A stretch of 64,000 nucleotides of DNA, taken from IMG/VR virus record IMGVR_UViG_3300032893_000015, positions 1 to 64,000 of that record; one strand, given 5' to 3'. Both the position numbers and the translations under genes were made by a program. Under the pieces are notes generated by a model, which saw only the letters and a list, made by a program, of their open reading frames with translations, was not told the origin of the DNA and searched no databases. The stretch comes from a virus. Below are positions 55,986-64,000 of the stretch, one piece after another (the stretch's first letter is position 1; every line of letters starts with the position of its first letter).

Positions 55986-58709
55986 TTACGAGGCGAACCG
56001 CCGGAGCTCCTCGCGCAGGGCCGGCGTATCTTGCACCTTCCAAACGGTGTCGAGCACGACCACTCTCCCGTCCTCCACCCTCAGCTCTATGACACATGGC
56101 CGGTCCCCCGCGCTCTTCCTCAGCACCTCGGACACAGGCTCCAGCCCCCTGTTGTCCAGCTTCCGCTGATCCACGCGCACGGTGAACTTGGGCTTCGGTT
56201 GGGAGGAGTCCGGTGGATTGGAAACCCGGGTTTCCAATAACTCCTCGTTCGGCTCGAACATGTCCCTTTGCCCGCTCTGGGTGCCCGGCCTGCCCTTCCT
56301 CGGCTTGGGGGGCCGACTCCTGGCCCACCGCTCCCAATTGTCGTCGGGAAACGCCGCCTGCAGCAGGCGTTGGGTAGGTGGGTAAACGAGCGTCTGCCAG
56401 ACGTAGTGCCGGTCGCACTCCCCCTGGAAGTCGCTCGCCGGTATGTGACGCTTGTCGGGGTCTTCGTTCTCCTCGTCGACGACGACGTACTCGATGCGGG
56501 TCCCTGGGCTGACATCTTCTCCCCTGGCCTCGAGCAGCTTGGCGATGCGCACGTGCGCTGGCTGTAGCGCGTCGCTCCCGTCGTTTTTCTTCTTCGTCAC
56601 GTACTCCTTCAGCGACTTGCTGAGCGCCTTGCTGAGCACGATATCTTCGAGCACCAGGTCCCCCCTGAGCACGCGATCGCGCATGTCCAAGACCAGGTTG
56701 TGGTACGCGAGCGAATCCTCTTCGCCGCCAACAAGCATCTTGATGGCTGCGTACTGCAGCTCCGCCGCCTGCTTGGTAGCGTCCCCCCGCTTGTACTCGA
56801 GCCCCCGCACCTCCGGCTCGCTATCCTCGCGTGCCGCCGTCCCCTTGTAGTGCGAGTATTTCCCGACGTACCGTTTTGCTCGGGTGAAGACGAGTCGATC
56901 GAAGGATTTCTCAAACGCGATGGTGATGAAGTTCTCTTTGCACCCCACCGACTTGAGCAACCCCGGGTACAGTTCCGCGTTGCACCCCTTCACGAACTCC
57001 GCGAACTCCTCCCGCGTGGTGCCCACGACCATTATCGAGTCCGTGTCTCCATACACCACCGCCCACCCTCTCTGCTCGGCCGCGTGGATGGTGTTCTCGA
57101 TGAGCCACACTCCGTTTTGTGTGACGCCCTCCGCCACATCCACGTCGTAGTACCTGGAGAACTCGTTTCCGAGCGCTCCGTAAAACCCGTTGGTCACGAC
57201 CTTCAGCCCCATCGAGCGCTTGTCCGCCTCGTGCCACTCGGGTGTGCCCGGCGGTAGCCTCGCCTTCTTATCGTTCCACTGCTTGCGCTCCTGTATGAGC
57301 CTTGCGACCGCCATCGGCAACATGCCCTGCTCGGTGGTGCTGAACCCCGTCCCCGTCTTCGGGCATCGGCAGTGCCCCTCGGGTATGGGACCGTTGACGG
57401 GAATGGGTCGCTTGGTCTCCAGCGACATGTTCCAGGTGCGAATGATGTTCGGGTACATCCCGCTGAAGTCCGCAACATGCACGTTCCGCAGTATCCCGTT
57501 GGTCATCCCGTGCGCCTTGCGCCACGCCCTCCCATCAACTCCCCTCTCCGGCGCATCCACCGTTCTCGGGTGCAGCACGAACGCCCCTTCAAATTGCTCG
57601 GTGTCCGCCTGGGTAGTTTCCCGATCGCGATACGCTCTCGACGGGAAGTGATGCGCTTTCTCCCTGGCCAGCTTGAGCAAAAAGCCGTCCATCTGCCGCG
57701 TCGGGAGCAGAGCGAGGTTGTCGGGGAACAACCCGCACACTTGCGCGACCGCCGTCGTCAGGTCGAGGTAACCGGTTTTCTCCTCGATACGCCGCAGCAG
57801 GTCGGTGTCCTGGATGTTGTACGCCACGAGACGCCCGAGGCTCTCGCCCCCAGCCTTCCACGCCTCGTACGTGTGCTTGGCGTCGAGGTCGTTCTTCCCC
57901 TGCCCCACCACCGCCATGGCGATGTCCTGCAGCCGGAAGGAGCGTTTCTCTTCTCCGCTCTCCGCCGAATGCTTGTTATGGCGCTCGAACACCGCCTTAT
58001 GGTCGAGCCACAGCCACTCACGCAAATCCACTCCCGCGTCCGCGCGCGTGTGCGCCGATCTTGCTGCAAGCACCGGGAAGTCGAAACCCTCGTCCCTGTC
58101 GGGGCTCCCTCCGTTCCAGGCGCAAACCTGGTCGTACCGCCGCAGCACCTCCCACAGATACTGGAGCGTGTCTCGCTCCGCGTAGTCGTCCTCTGCCGCT
58201 AACAGATCGGTGTCGATCTGGCCGGTGGTGTCGTCGACGACGGTCCAGCACAAGATGCGCATCTCCTCCTTGCGCGAGAAGGGAAGTCGACTGTCTGTCT
58301 CCAGGTCGAGATAGCAGCGCCGTGGTGTGGCGATGTTGGTTCCCGAGTCGACAACAAACCGGCGCACCGGGTCGACGTCCGCTTCGTAGTGCGGCACCCC
58401 TCTGGCCAGCAGCGGGTTCTCGTGCCCGTAGCGCGTTCGCTTCTCGTAAAAGAGCGCGTGCCTTTCCTCGCGGCTGCGGAACAGGAACTTCAGCCAGTTA
58501 CCCTCCCGCGTCGCTCCTACGACGCACGGCAACCGCACCATCTGCCGCTGCAAGTCCTCGGGCAGCTCCCCGTGCCTGAAGTACGCTGCCCACTCCGCAG
58601 GTACTTGCGCGACGCTTCGTCGCCCCTGCCCGTCTCGCTGCACCACGTGCAGCCTGGTGCCCTGCACGAACGCGTTTACGACGTCGTTCCCTACCACCCG
58701 CTCCAGCAT
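55986..58709 (-). CDS. family B DNA polymerase with 3'-5' exonuclease
   Basis: DLETD, WNG..FDFP, YNIQD; DFSGMYPNII, K...NGFYG, YGDTDS, KRY. Confidence 0.96.
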   Translation of the reverse strand: MLERVVGNDVVNAFVQGTRLHVVQRDGQGRRSVAQVPAEWAAYFRHGELPEDLQRQMVRLPCVVGATREGNWLKFLFRSREERHALFYEKRTRYGHENPLLARGVPHYEADVDPVRRFVVDSGTNIATPRRCYLDLETDSRLPFSRKEEMRILCWTVVDDTTGQIDTDLLAAEDDYAERDTLQYLWEVLRRYDQVCAWNGGSPDRDEGFDFPVLAARSAHTRADAGVDLREWLWLDHKAVFERHNKHSAESGEEKRSFRLQDIAMAVVGQGKNDLDAKHTYEAWKAGGESLGRLVAYNIQDTDLLRRIEEKTGYLDLTTAVAQVCGLFPDNLALLPTRQMDGFLLKLAREKAHHFPSRAYRDRETTQADTEQFEGAFVLHPRTVDAPERGVDGRAWRKAHGMTNGILRNVHVADFSGMYPNIIRTWNMSLETKRPIPVNGPIPEGHCRCPKTGTGFSTTEQGMLPMAVARLIQERKQWNDKKARLPPGTPEWHEADKRSMGLKVVTNGFYGALGNEFSRYYDVDVAEGVTQNGVWLIENTIHAAEQRGWAVVYGDTDSIMVVGTTREEFAEFVKGCNAELYPGLLKSVGCKENFITIAFEKSFDRLVFTRAKRYVGKYSHYKGTAAREDSEPEVRGLEYKRGDATKQAAELQYAAIKMLVGGEEDSLAYHNLVLDMRDRVLRGDLVLEDIVLSKALSKSLKEYVTKKKNDGSDALQPAHVRIAKLLEARGEDVSPGTRIEYVVVDEENEDPDKRHIPASDFQGECDRHYVWQTLVYPPTQRLLQAAFPDDNWERWARSRPPKPRKGRPGTQSGQRDMFEPNEELLETRVSNPPDSSQPKPKFTVRVDQRKLDNRGLEPVSEVLRKSAGDRPCVIELRVEDGRVVVLDTVWKVQDTPALREELRRFAS
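56217..56238. repeat. 22-bp palindrome, copy 11
   Basis: exact match; in frame (LETRVSN) in the polymerase C-terminal linker. Confidence 0.97.
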
Positions 58710-58734
58710 ACCGCGGCTTTTGCCGCGGTCGTCT

Positions 58735-59802
58735 TCACTCCGCGGCTTCTGCCTCGCGCCGGAACCGCTGCACCTTCAGCTCCAGATGTCCCGTCGAGCT
58801 TTCGACGATGAAAAACCGCTGCACGACTCCGTTGGGCAGCTCCTCTTCGCCGAACGGCTCGTCTGCCAATCGCTTGGCAGGCACGAGCTCCGCCGGGTCC
58901 CACTTCTTCTTCAGCGGCTTCTTGTACAGCTTCACTTTCGTGTTGCCGAGGATGGTCGCAACAGTGACCTTCTCCTCCGCCTTGCGCCCCCCGCTCGCGC
59001 GCGGTCCGCCTCGTCCTTCCGCGTTGCGTGAGGCTCGGGTGTGTCCGCTCTTGGCCTTGGCCTTCTTCACCTCTTCGGCGATCTCGCGCTTGGTGGCCCC
59101 CTCGGCCACCTTCCCGAGCAGCGCCGGCTGCTCCTCTTTTGGTGCCGTCAGGACGAGTGCCAGCTTCCGGTAGCCCCACGCGCGCACCTGCTCTTCCGAG
59201 TACTCCTTCGCAACGTCCATCAGCTGATAGGCGTTGGTGGGCGTCATGTGCAGTTCGTTCGCCGCAAACGCATCCCACGACTTATACGCCTGCTTACCGT
59301 CCCGCTGCCGCAGCTTCCAAAGTTGCGCGGTGAACAGGATGGTGATGGCCCGCCCCAGGTGCCAGTGACTGACGGCCACCTGCCCCTTGAGCTCGAGAAT
59401 CTTCTTCACGCCTTCGTTCAGTTCCCGCTCCGTGAGTACGCTGCTCGCCGGGGTCAGGTCCGAACTCGGCGCCTTCGCGAGTGCGTGTCCGTTCGTCGGT
59501 GCCGCTGCCACCGGCTTGCTTTCGTCCAGTTCGTCGTCGAAGTCGGTCCCGCAGTACGGGCACTCGTCGAGCGTCTCCGGGCTCTGCCCGTTGCACGTAT
59601 CGCACTGCGCCAGCTGATCCTTCGTGTACTTCGTCGCGTAGTGCGTGGCGAGTATCGCCACGAGGTCCTCCACCTTCGCCTCTTTCGGTACGGTGAGTCC
59701 CTCCTGCTTGAGCACCTTTTTCACCTGCTTCGGATCGACCGCCCCGAGCGTCACTCCGTGCACCGCGATCTCCGACTTGTTCTTCGTTGTCTGCGTGTCC
59801 AT
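58735..59802 (-). CDS. hypothetical protein with Zn ribbon and DUF3102-like helical domain
   Basis: CDTC...CPYC; HWHLGRAI...SWDAF..NELHMT..NAYQLM. Confidence 0.6.
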   Translation of the reverse strand: MDTQTTKNKSEIAVHGVTLGAVDPKQVKKVLKQEGLTVPKEAKVEDLVAILATHYATKYTKDQLAQCDTCNGQSPETLDECPYCGTDFDDELDESKPVAAAPTNGHALAKAPSSDLTPASSVLTERELNEGVKKILELKGQVAVSHWHLGRAITILFTAQLWKLRQRDGKQAYKSWDAFAANELHMTPTNAYQLMDVAKEYSEEQVRAWGYRKLALVLTAPKEEQPALLGKVAEGATKREIAEEVKKAKAKSGHTRASRNAEGRGGPRASGGRKAEEKVTVATILGNTKVKLYKKPLKKKWDPAELVPAKRLADEPFGEEELPNGVVQRFFIVESSTGHLELKVQRFRREAEAAE

Positions 59803-59841
59803 GTGTTCTTTGCGCCTCCTCGTTTCCCGTTGTGATCTTTC

Positions 59842-60528
59842 CTACGCCGCCTCTACGACGGCCAACCTCTCTGCCACCTCTCGTGCCGCCCGCACGACGA
59901 CGCGTGCCGCCTGCTTCTCGCTGCCCATGCGGCACCGTCGCCTCGCCTCCGGATCGGCGTACAGTGCTTCCGCCGCCGCAGCAAGGTCGTCCGTCTTCAC
60001 GACCGCCAGGACGACCTCCCGTTCCGCTTCCGTCCGGCAGTGTCTGAGCGCCCGGTCGATGGCTTCGCGCACCTCCACTCGGTCCTCGTGCGAGGGCTCT
60101 TGCGCCAGGTGCTCCTCCGCCCACCGCTCCCCGCCGTGTTCGTCGTCCGCACGTTCGTGGAACCCGAACTCCATCCTACTGGGGTTGGCGTCGGCGTTAC
60201 CGCTTCGCTTGGCCCCCCGGTACCGATGCATGGCCTTCTTTGCCTTGTCGACGGCGTTGTAGACGACGTACGCATCCAGGGCAACCCCGCGCGCCGGGTC
60301 GAACTTCCAGACGCTGTTCCACGCGCCCAGCAGCATGTCCTGTTCGAGGTCCTCCGTGTCTACCCACCGTGAGATGCGCCACCGCTTCAGCAGGTACCTG
60401 ACCAACTGCCTCCAGCGGTCTCTGGTCCTCACGGCGAACTCATCGAACGTCTGCCTACCGTCGTACAGCGCCCAGCATTCGCGGGCGAACGCATTCTTGT
60501 CCATTCGGCCCACCGGCCTCCTTCCCAC
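59842..60528 (-). CDS. phage sigma70-family sigma factor
   Basis: region-2-like DTEDLEQDMLLGAWNSVWKFDPARGVALDAY. Confidence 0.8.
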   Translation of the reverse strand: MGRRPVGRMDKNAFARECWALYDGRQTFDEFAVRTRDRWRQLVRYLLKRWRISRWVDTEDLEQDMLLGAWNSVWKFDPARGVALDAYVVYNAVDKAKKAMHRYRGAKRSGNADANPSRMEFGFHERADDEHGGERWAEEHLAQEPSHEDRVEVREAIDRALRHCRTEAEREVVLAVVKTDDLAAAAEALYADPEARRRCRMGSEKQAARVVVRAAREVAERLAVVEAA

Positions 60529-60687
60529 GCCACCTTTTTCTGACCCTACCTCCGCTTGCCTACGCGAGCAAAGGCTTTCTCCTCCGCACCGACACTTGCC
60601 ACCCGAGCGTCCGCAGCCGCCTAGCCGTGACGAACACTCCCGGCCACCGCCGATCGAACCGCACGACCTTCCCCGCCCGCACCCCTG

Positions 60688-61092
60688 TCACTTCGTACTC
60701 GTACATGTCTCCTCTCCCTCCCTCTTCTGTTGTTTTGCCAGGCGCGCGGCTCTCCGCGCGCACGTGACGCACGTCGGCGGCCCTTGCACTTCCGTCGCCC
60801 CCAGTCGCTCCTCCTCCACGTTCCCGCAGAGCGTCATTCCGTCCCCCCTACGCACCGCGTGCGTCTGCGGTCGCATCACCCTGTCCGGCTTCTCGTAACT
60901 GGGGAACGCTCCCCTCGCTCCCCGACCGCGGTCCGCCCCGGTCAGCTCCTCTACGATGCGCACGCGATAGTCCCGGTCCTGATGCCACCGATGACCGCAC
61001 CCCGCACACTGGCGAACGACCGTGTTCGTCTTCACCGCCAGCAGTTTGGTCGCCTCCACCGAGCCGCACTCAGGGCATCCTTCCGGTCCCAT
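60688..61092 (-). CDS. Zn-ribbon protein
   Basis: MGPEGCPECGS...CAGCGHRW; second TH...TLCG...TCVTC motif. Confidence 0.65.
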   Translation of the reverse strand: MGPEGCPECGSVEATKLLAVKTNTVVRQCAGCGHRWHQDRDYRVRIVEELTGADRGRGARGAFPSYEKPDRVMRPQTHAVRRGDGMTLCGNVEEERLGATEVQGPPTCVTCARRAARLAKQQKREGEETCTSTK

Positions 61093-61238
61093 CGCTTTCC
61101 CCCCTACGCCGCCGTTGCGACTTTGGAAGCCAACGAGAGCGTTCCCGCCCCCCAGTCCCAGCCTGGGCGCGCCTGGCCGTCAGAAAAGGCGCGCAGGCAT
61201 TTGTGCTGCTTTGCTGAGAGCTTCATCGTCCCTTCTCC

Positions 61239-61640
61239 TCACTTGTCGTCTTGGTCGTCCTGGCACGTCTCGGCAGCTTTCAGGTCCTCGATCACCTCGC
61301 GCAGCTTCCGGCCAGTCGCGGGCTTGAACAGCTGCTTGAAGATCTCGTGCTTGGCGGCGAAGGTAGCCGTGTCGCGGTCCAGCTCCTTGAGGTTGCTCCA
61401 GCCCGTCGGCGGCTCGAAGACCTGACCATGCAACACTGCTTCCGCGTACTGAGCGAATCGCCACGACACCTCCTGGGCGTTGACCACCGTCCTCCCGCGG
61501 AGGTCATCCAGGTCCTGCGCGAGCCGGAACAACATCAGCTGTTGTTCCGTCAGGAACAGCTTCCATTGCTCTTCCGTCACGTCTTTCATGTCTTCGGGCT
61601 TCTCGATCGCTGCCATCACAATGCTGTCGAACTTGACCAT
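61239..61640 (-). CDS. hypothetical protein, first gene after promoter P3
   Basis: MVKFDSIV start with AAGGGCAAGGGGAG leader. Confidence 0.65.
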   Translation of the reverse strand: MVKFDSIVMAAIEKPEDMKDVTEEQWKLFLTEQQLMLFRLAQDLDDLRGRTVVNAQEVSWRFAQYAEAVLHGQVFEPPTGWSNLKELDRDTATFAAKHEIFKQLFKPATGRKLREVIEDLKAAETCQDDQDDK

Positions 61641-61679
61641 CGTCGTCTCCCCTTGCCCTTCGTCCTGCTGACAAGGAAG

Positions 61680-61740
61680 AGTATTATTCCTTTTGCCTAG
61701 GTTGGCAATAGGAAAACGCGTGGTCGGGTACTTTTTTCTC
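61680..61740 (-). promoter_or_regulatory. sigma70-like promoter P3
   Basis: minus strand TTGCCA-acctaggcaaaaggaat(17)-AATACT, upstream GAGAAAAAAG tract. Confidence 0.7.
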
Positions 61741-61782
61741 CGGGGTCCCTTTTCCCCCGCTCTTTTCCGCCGGTTCCTGTCG

Positions 61783-61804
61783 ATTGGAAACCCGGGTTTC
61801 CAAT
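61783..61804. repeat. 22-bp palindrome, copy 12
   Basis: exact match; intergenic, upstream of P3. Confidence 0.97.
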
Positions 61805-61821
61805 CCTCTTGGGGTTGGCCC

Positions 61822-62307
61822 TCAGGCCCCTGCCATCGCCCGCTGCAGCCGCTCCGCCAGGTCCGCCGCCCGCGCGTGCGTACGCTCGCTCCGCTGCGTC
61901 GCTGCGATGTGCCTGCGCAGCACGATGCGCAACGTTCGCACATAGTCCTGCAGGTCGAGCACGGTGAGGTCCTCGCCCGTCGCGCTCTCGTAGTACACGC
62001 GCTCGTCCCCATCCCGAGTAACCAGCTCGAGTCGGCCCGTCTTTCCGACGGCCAGCACCCGCTCCCCCCGGCTGACGTACGTGTCCACTCCGAACCGTCC
62101 CGTCGCGCGCACGTGCGCCCCCCAGTACCCCTTGGCGATCTCTCTCATCCCCCTGAGCGGCGCTCCGTCGAGTGCTCGTGCCAGGCGCTCTTCGATGAGC
62201 CTGATGGTCGCGCGCACGCGCTCCCGCGTCTCCTCCGCGCGATCTCTGATGCGGTCCGTCGCCTCCGCCGCATCTTCCATCTGCCTCTGCAATCCTCCGC
62301 TCCTCAT
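61822..62307 (-). CDS. hypothetical protein
   Basis: ATGA overlap with the upstream HTH gene. Confidence 0.6.
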   Translation of the reverse strand: MRSGGLQRQMEDAAEATDRIRDRAEETRERVRATIRLIEERLARALDGAPLRGMREIAKGYWGAHVRATGRFGVDTYVSRGERVLAVGKTGRLELVTRDGDERVYYESATGEDLTVLDLQDYVRTLRIVLRRHIAATQRSERTHARAADLAERLQRAMAGA

Positions 62308-62576
62308 GCGGTTGCTCCCGCAGATGGGCGTCCGCCTCGTCGCCCCATATCGTGGTGCCACCCTTCCCGTTCCGCCCGCTCCTTCACCCTGTCCAGTCTC
62401 GCCCGAATGCCGAGCTTCGTGACATACCTGGAAAACGTGAACTGACTGATCCCCAGCAGCTTTGCGGCTCTTCCCTGGTGTGCCTTTGCCCTCTCGAACG
62501 CCCTCACCATACTGTCCGACGCGCGCGCCGGGTCCGCCACCACCATCGCGCTGATCTTGCTCCTTCGGTATGCCAT
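62304..62576 (-). CDS. Fis-type HTH protein
   Basis: AFERAKAHQGRAAKLLGISQFTFSRYVTKLGI. Confidence 0.8.
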   Translation of the reverse strand: MAYRRSKISAMVVADPARASDSMVRAFERAKAHQGRAAKLLGISQFTFSRYVTKLGIRARLDRVKERAEREGWHHDMGRRGGRPSAGATA

Positions 62577-62605
62577 CTTCCCGCTTTCCCCTCATGCCGC
62601 CGTTT

Positions 62606-62836
62606 TCACAGGATGCGGAACCGTAGCCGGATCTTGCGCTTGATGATCATCGGCATGTCCTGGATGTCCAGTCGGTAAAGCACCTTCCAAAGCGTCCGGG
62701 ACCCCATCGCCATTCGCTTCGCCGCCTCCTTCACATCCCCGCCCGCCTTGTACAACACCCTTTCGATGAGAGCCTTCGCCTCCTCCGGATTCTCCTTCAA
62801 AAGGATGGTCAACTCCGTACTGGGCCGCCTTCCCAC
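62606..62836 (-). CDS. Fis-type HTH protein
   Basis: IERVLYKAGGDVKEAAKRMAMGSRTLWKVLYRLDI. Confidence 0.8.
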   Translation of the reverse strand: MGRRPSTELTILLKENPEEAKALIERVLYKAGGDVKEAAKRMAMGSRTLWKVLYRLDIQDMPMIIKRKIRLRFRIL

Positions 62837-63759
62837 AACGCCTCCCTGAGCTCCTCTGGTCCGATGTTGTCCGGGTCCTTTCCCTTCCCGAGCCTAACAC
62901 GCCGCACCCGCGTATACCGACCCAGCGCCCCCTCCAGCACCTCGCCCGCCCGCTCCCCCGCTTCGTCACAATCGGTAACGATGACCACTTCCCTGAACAG
63001 CGCCATTCCCATGAGCTGCAGCGGCGTGACGCGCGCCCCTCCGATCGCCGCGTGACTTGTCCCCGTGGGAGCCACCCTCTCCACGGCCAGACTCTTGATG
63101 GCCCCCTCGGTCACCACCAACGTTCTCCGATTGCTCGTGTCCCAGTGCTGCTGCCCCCACATGACCCCGCGGTCCCCGCCCTCTTCGTTACGCGGATAGA
63201 GGAACCGCTTTTCCGCCAGTCCGTACGCCCTGGCGATGTATCCGAAAAGCTTCCCGCGCTCGTCTGCGATAGGGAGCACGATCCTCCCGCGCAATCGTCC
63301 TTCTACGGCGTACCCAATCCCCCACCGCACCACCTGCCACGGCTCGATTCCCCGCCCCTGCACGTAGCGCCTTGGCTCCGCGGGCCAGGTCTCGAGCGGC
63401 TCTCCCACGACCGTCCCCGCCGGCAAGCGCATTGCCTTTGGCCCGGTCACCATCTCGAGCCTGAGCCCCGGTTGCTTGACCAGGTCCGCCTCCGTAACGC
63501 CCTCCTCGGTAATCCACCGGATGGCCGCGCCCGCCGTGGCGTACCCCCGCACATGCTGCACGAGCTCTACGAGGTCCCCTCCCGCTTCGCACGCTTGGCA
63601 GTGATGCAGTCCCGCCTTTTCCCCGGTCTCCCGTATGTACCAGCTCGGCGTTCTGTCCTCGTGATACGGGCATCGCGCCTTCAGGTCCGCGCCCGACCTT
63701 CCCACCACTTCGATGCCCAGCCTTTCGAGCACCCTTCTGACGTCAGCCCGGACGCCCAC
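62809..63759 (-). CDS. DnaG-like DNA primase (CHC2 zinc finger + TOPRIM)
   Basis: CPYHEDRTPS...CQAC..GGD; VVTEG; DCDEAG; KDPD. Confidence 0.9.
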   Translation of the reverse strand: MGVRADVRRVLERLGIEVVGRSGADLKARCPYHEDRTPSWYIRETGEKAGLHHCQACEAGGDLVELVQHVRGYATAGAAIRWITEEGVTEADLVKQPGLRLEMVTGPKAMRLPAGTVVGEPLETWPAEPRRYVQGRGIEPWQVVRWGIGYAVEGRLRGRIVLPIADERGKLFGYIARAYGLAEKRFLYPRNEEGGDRGVMWGQQHWDTSNRRTLVVTEGAIKSLAVERVAPTGTSHAAIGGARVTPLQLMGMALFREVVIVTDCDEAGERAGEVLEGALGRYTRVRRVRLGKGKDPDNIGPEELREALWEGGPVRS

Positions 63760-64000
63760 GCTTGCTCCTACTATTCTGTCTGGCTCTCGCCCGCGCGTGC
63801 GATTCGGCAGGTGCTGCAAAGTCCTGCAACTCTCCTCCGCCGTTGCCTATGGGTTCGAACGGAATGCCCCGGCCGTTGGTGATGGATCCGAACTCCGCAT
63901 CCCAATCGAACTCGACCACCAACGGCCACTTCCCGTGCCTTTGCTTCCAGAAGATGACCTCCAACCGGTCATCATCCATGCGTTTCCAAAGCGCCGGTCG
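63743..64000 (-). CDS. C-terminus of a DnaB-like replicative helicase (5' part outside the window)
   Basis: frame open to the window end: RPALWKRMDDDRLEVIFWKQRHG resembles DnaB E.I..KQRNG; adjacent to the primase. Confidence 0.7.
   Translation of the reverse strand, partial: RPALWKRMDDDRLEVIFWKQRHGKWPLVVEFDWDAEFGSITNGRGIPFEPIGNGGGELQDFAAPAESHARARARQNSRSKRGRPG

Noticed and set aside
5667-61804. Palindrome as an intrinsic terminator, or LETRVSN/DWKPGFP as a protein motif
   Set aside because: There is no loop or U-tract, copies occur inside core replication/repair genes, and the motif is read in different frames. ORF-track starts 'METRVSN' are artefacts of the TTG in the motif.
235-63882. The many long plus-strand ORFs in the track
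   Set aside because: They are antisense shadows of GC-rich minus-strand genes with no recognisable motifs; only 16720..16956 is retained.
1-64000. tRNA/rRNA genes, integrase, reverse transcriptase or DGR
   Set aside because: None recognised by eye; a tRNAscan or profile search was not possible.

Overview
A GC-rich tailed-phage (Caudoviricetes-like) genome segment with almost all genes on the minus strand. Reading along the minus strand from the window end: the C-terminus of a DnaB-like helicase, primase, two Fis-type HTH proteins, a sigma factor, family-B DNA polymerase, SSB, RecA-like recombinase, SbcD/SbcC, a resolvase, a DNA-modification cluster (two ParB-like genes, TET/JBP dioxygenase, glycosyltransferase), ThyX, a DUF5664 nucleotide hydrolase, early-type regions behind three related sigma70-like promoters, dCTP deaminase, terminase (large subunit with an intein), tail spike, virion, lysis and accessory genes, and an intein-containing portal. 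The strongest signal is at the window start and is missing from the ORF track. A Nop/IS110-like gene (1..429, minus strand, truncated by the window edge) is directly preceded by a non-coding array of ~37-nt units, each made of two alternating conserved repeats and two variable 8-nt spacers. This is a TIGR-Tas-like RNA-guided architecture with GA-flanked, box C/D-like repeats. Other notable items: a perfect 22-bp palindrome in 12 identical copies across the window, a terminase intein with Ala at the +1 position, a PolB with a clamp-binding motif and a DnaE-like C-terminal domain, and two long-stem intergenic RNA candidates. All calls come from reading motifs by eye; no database searches were run.
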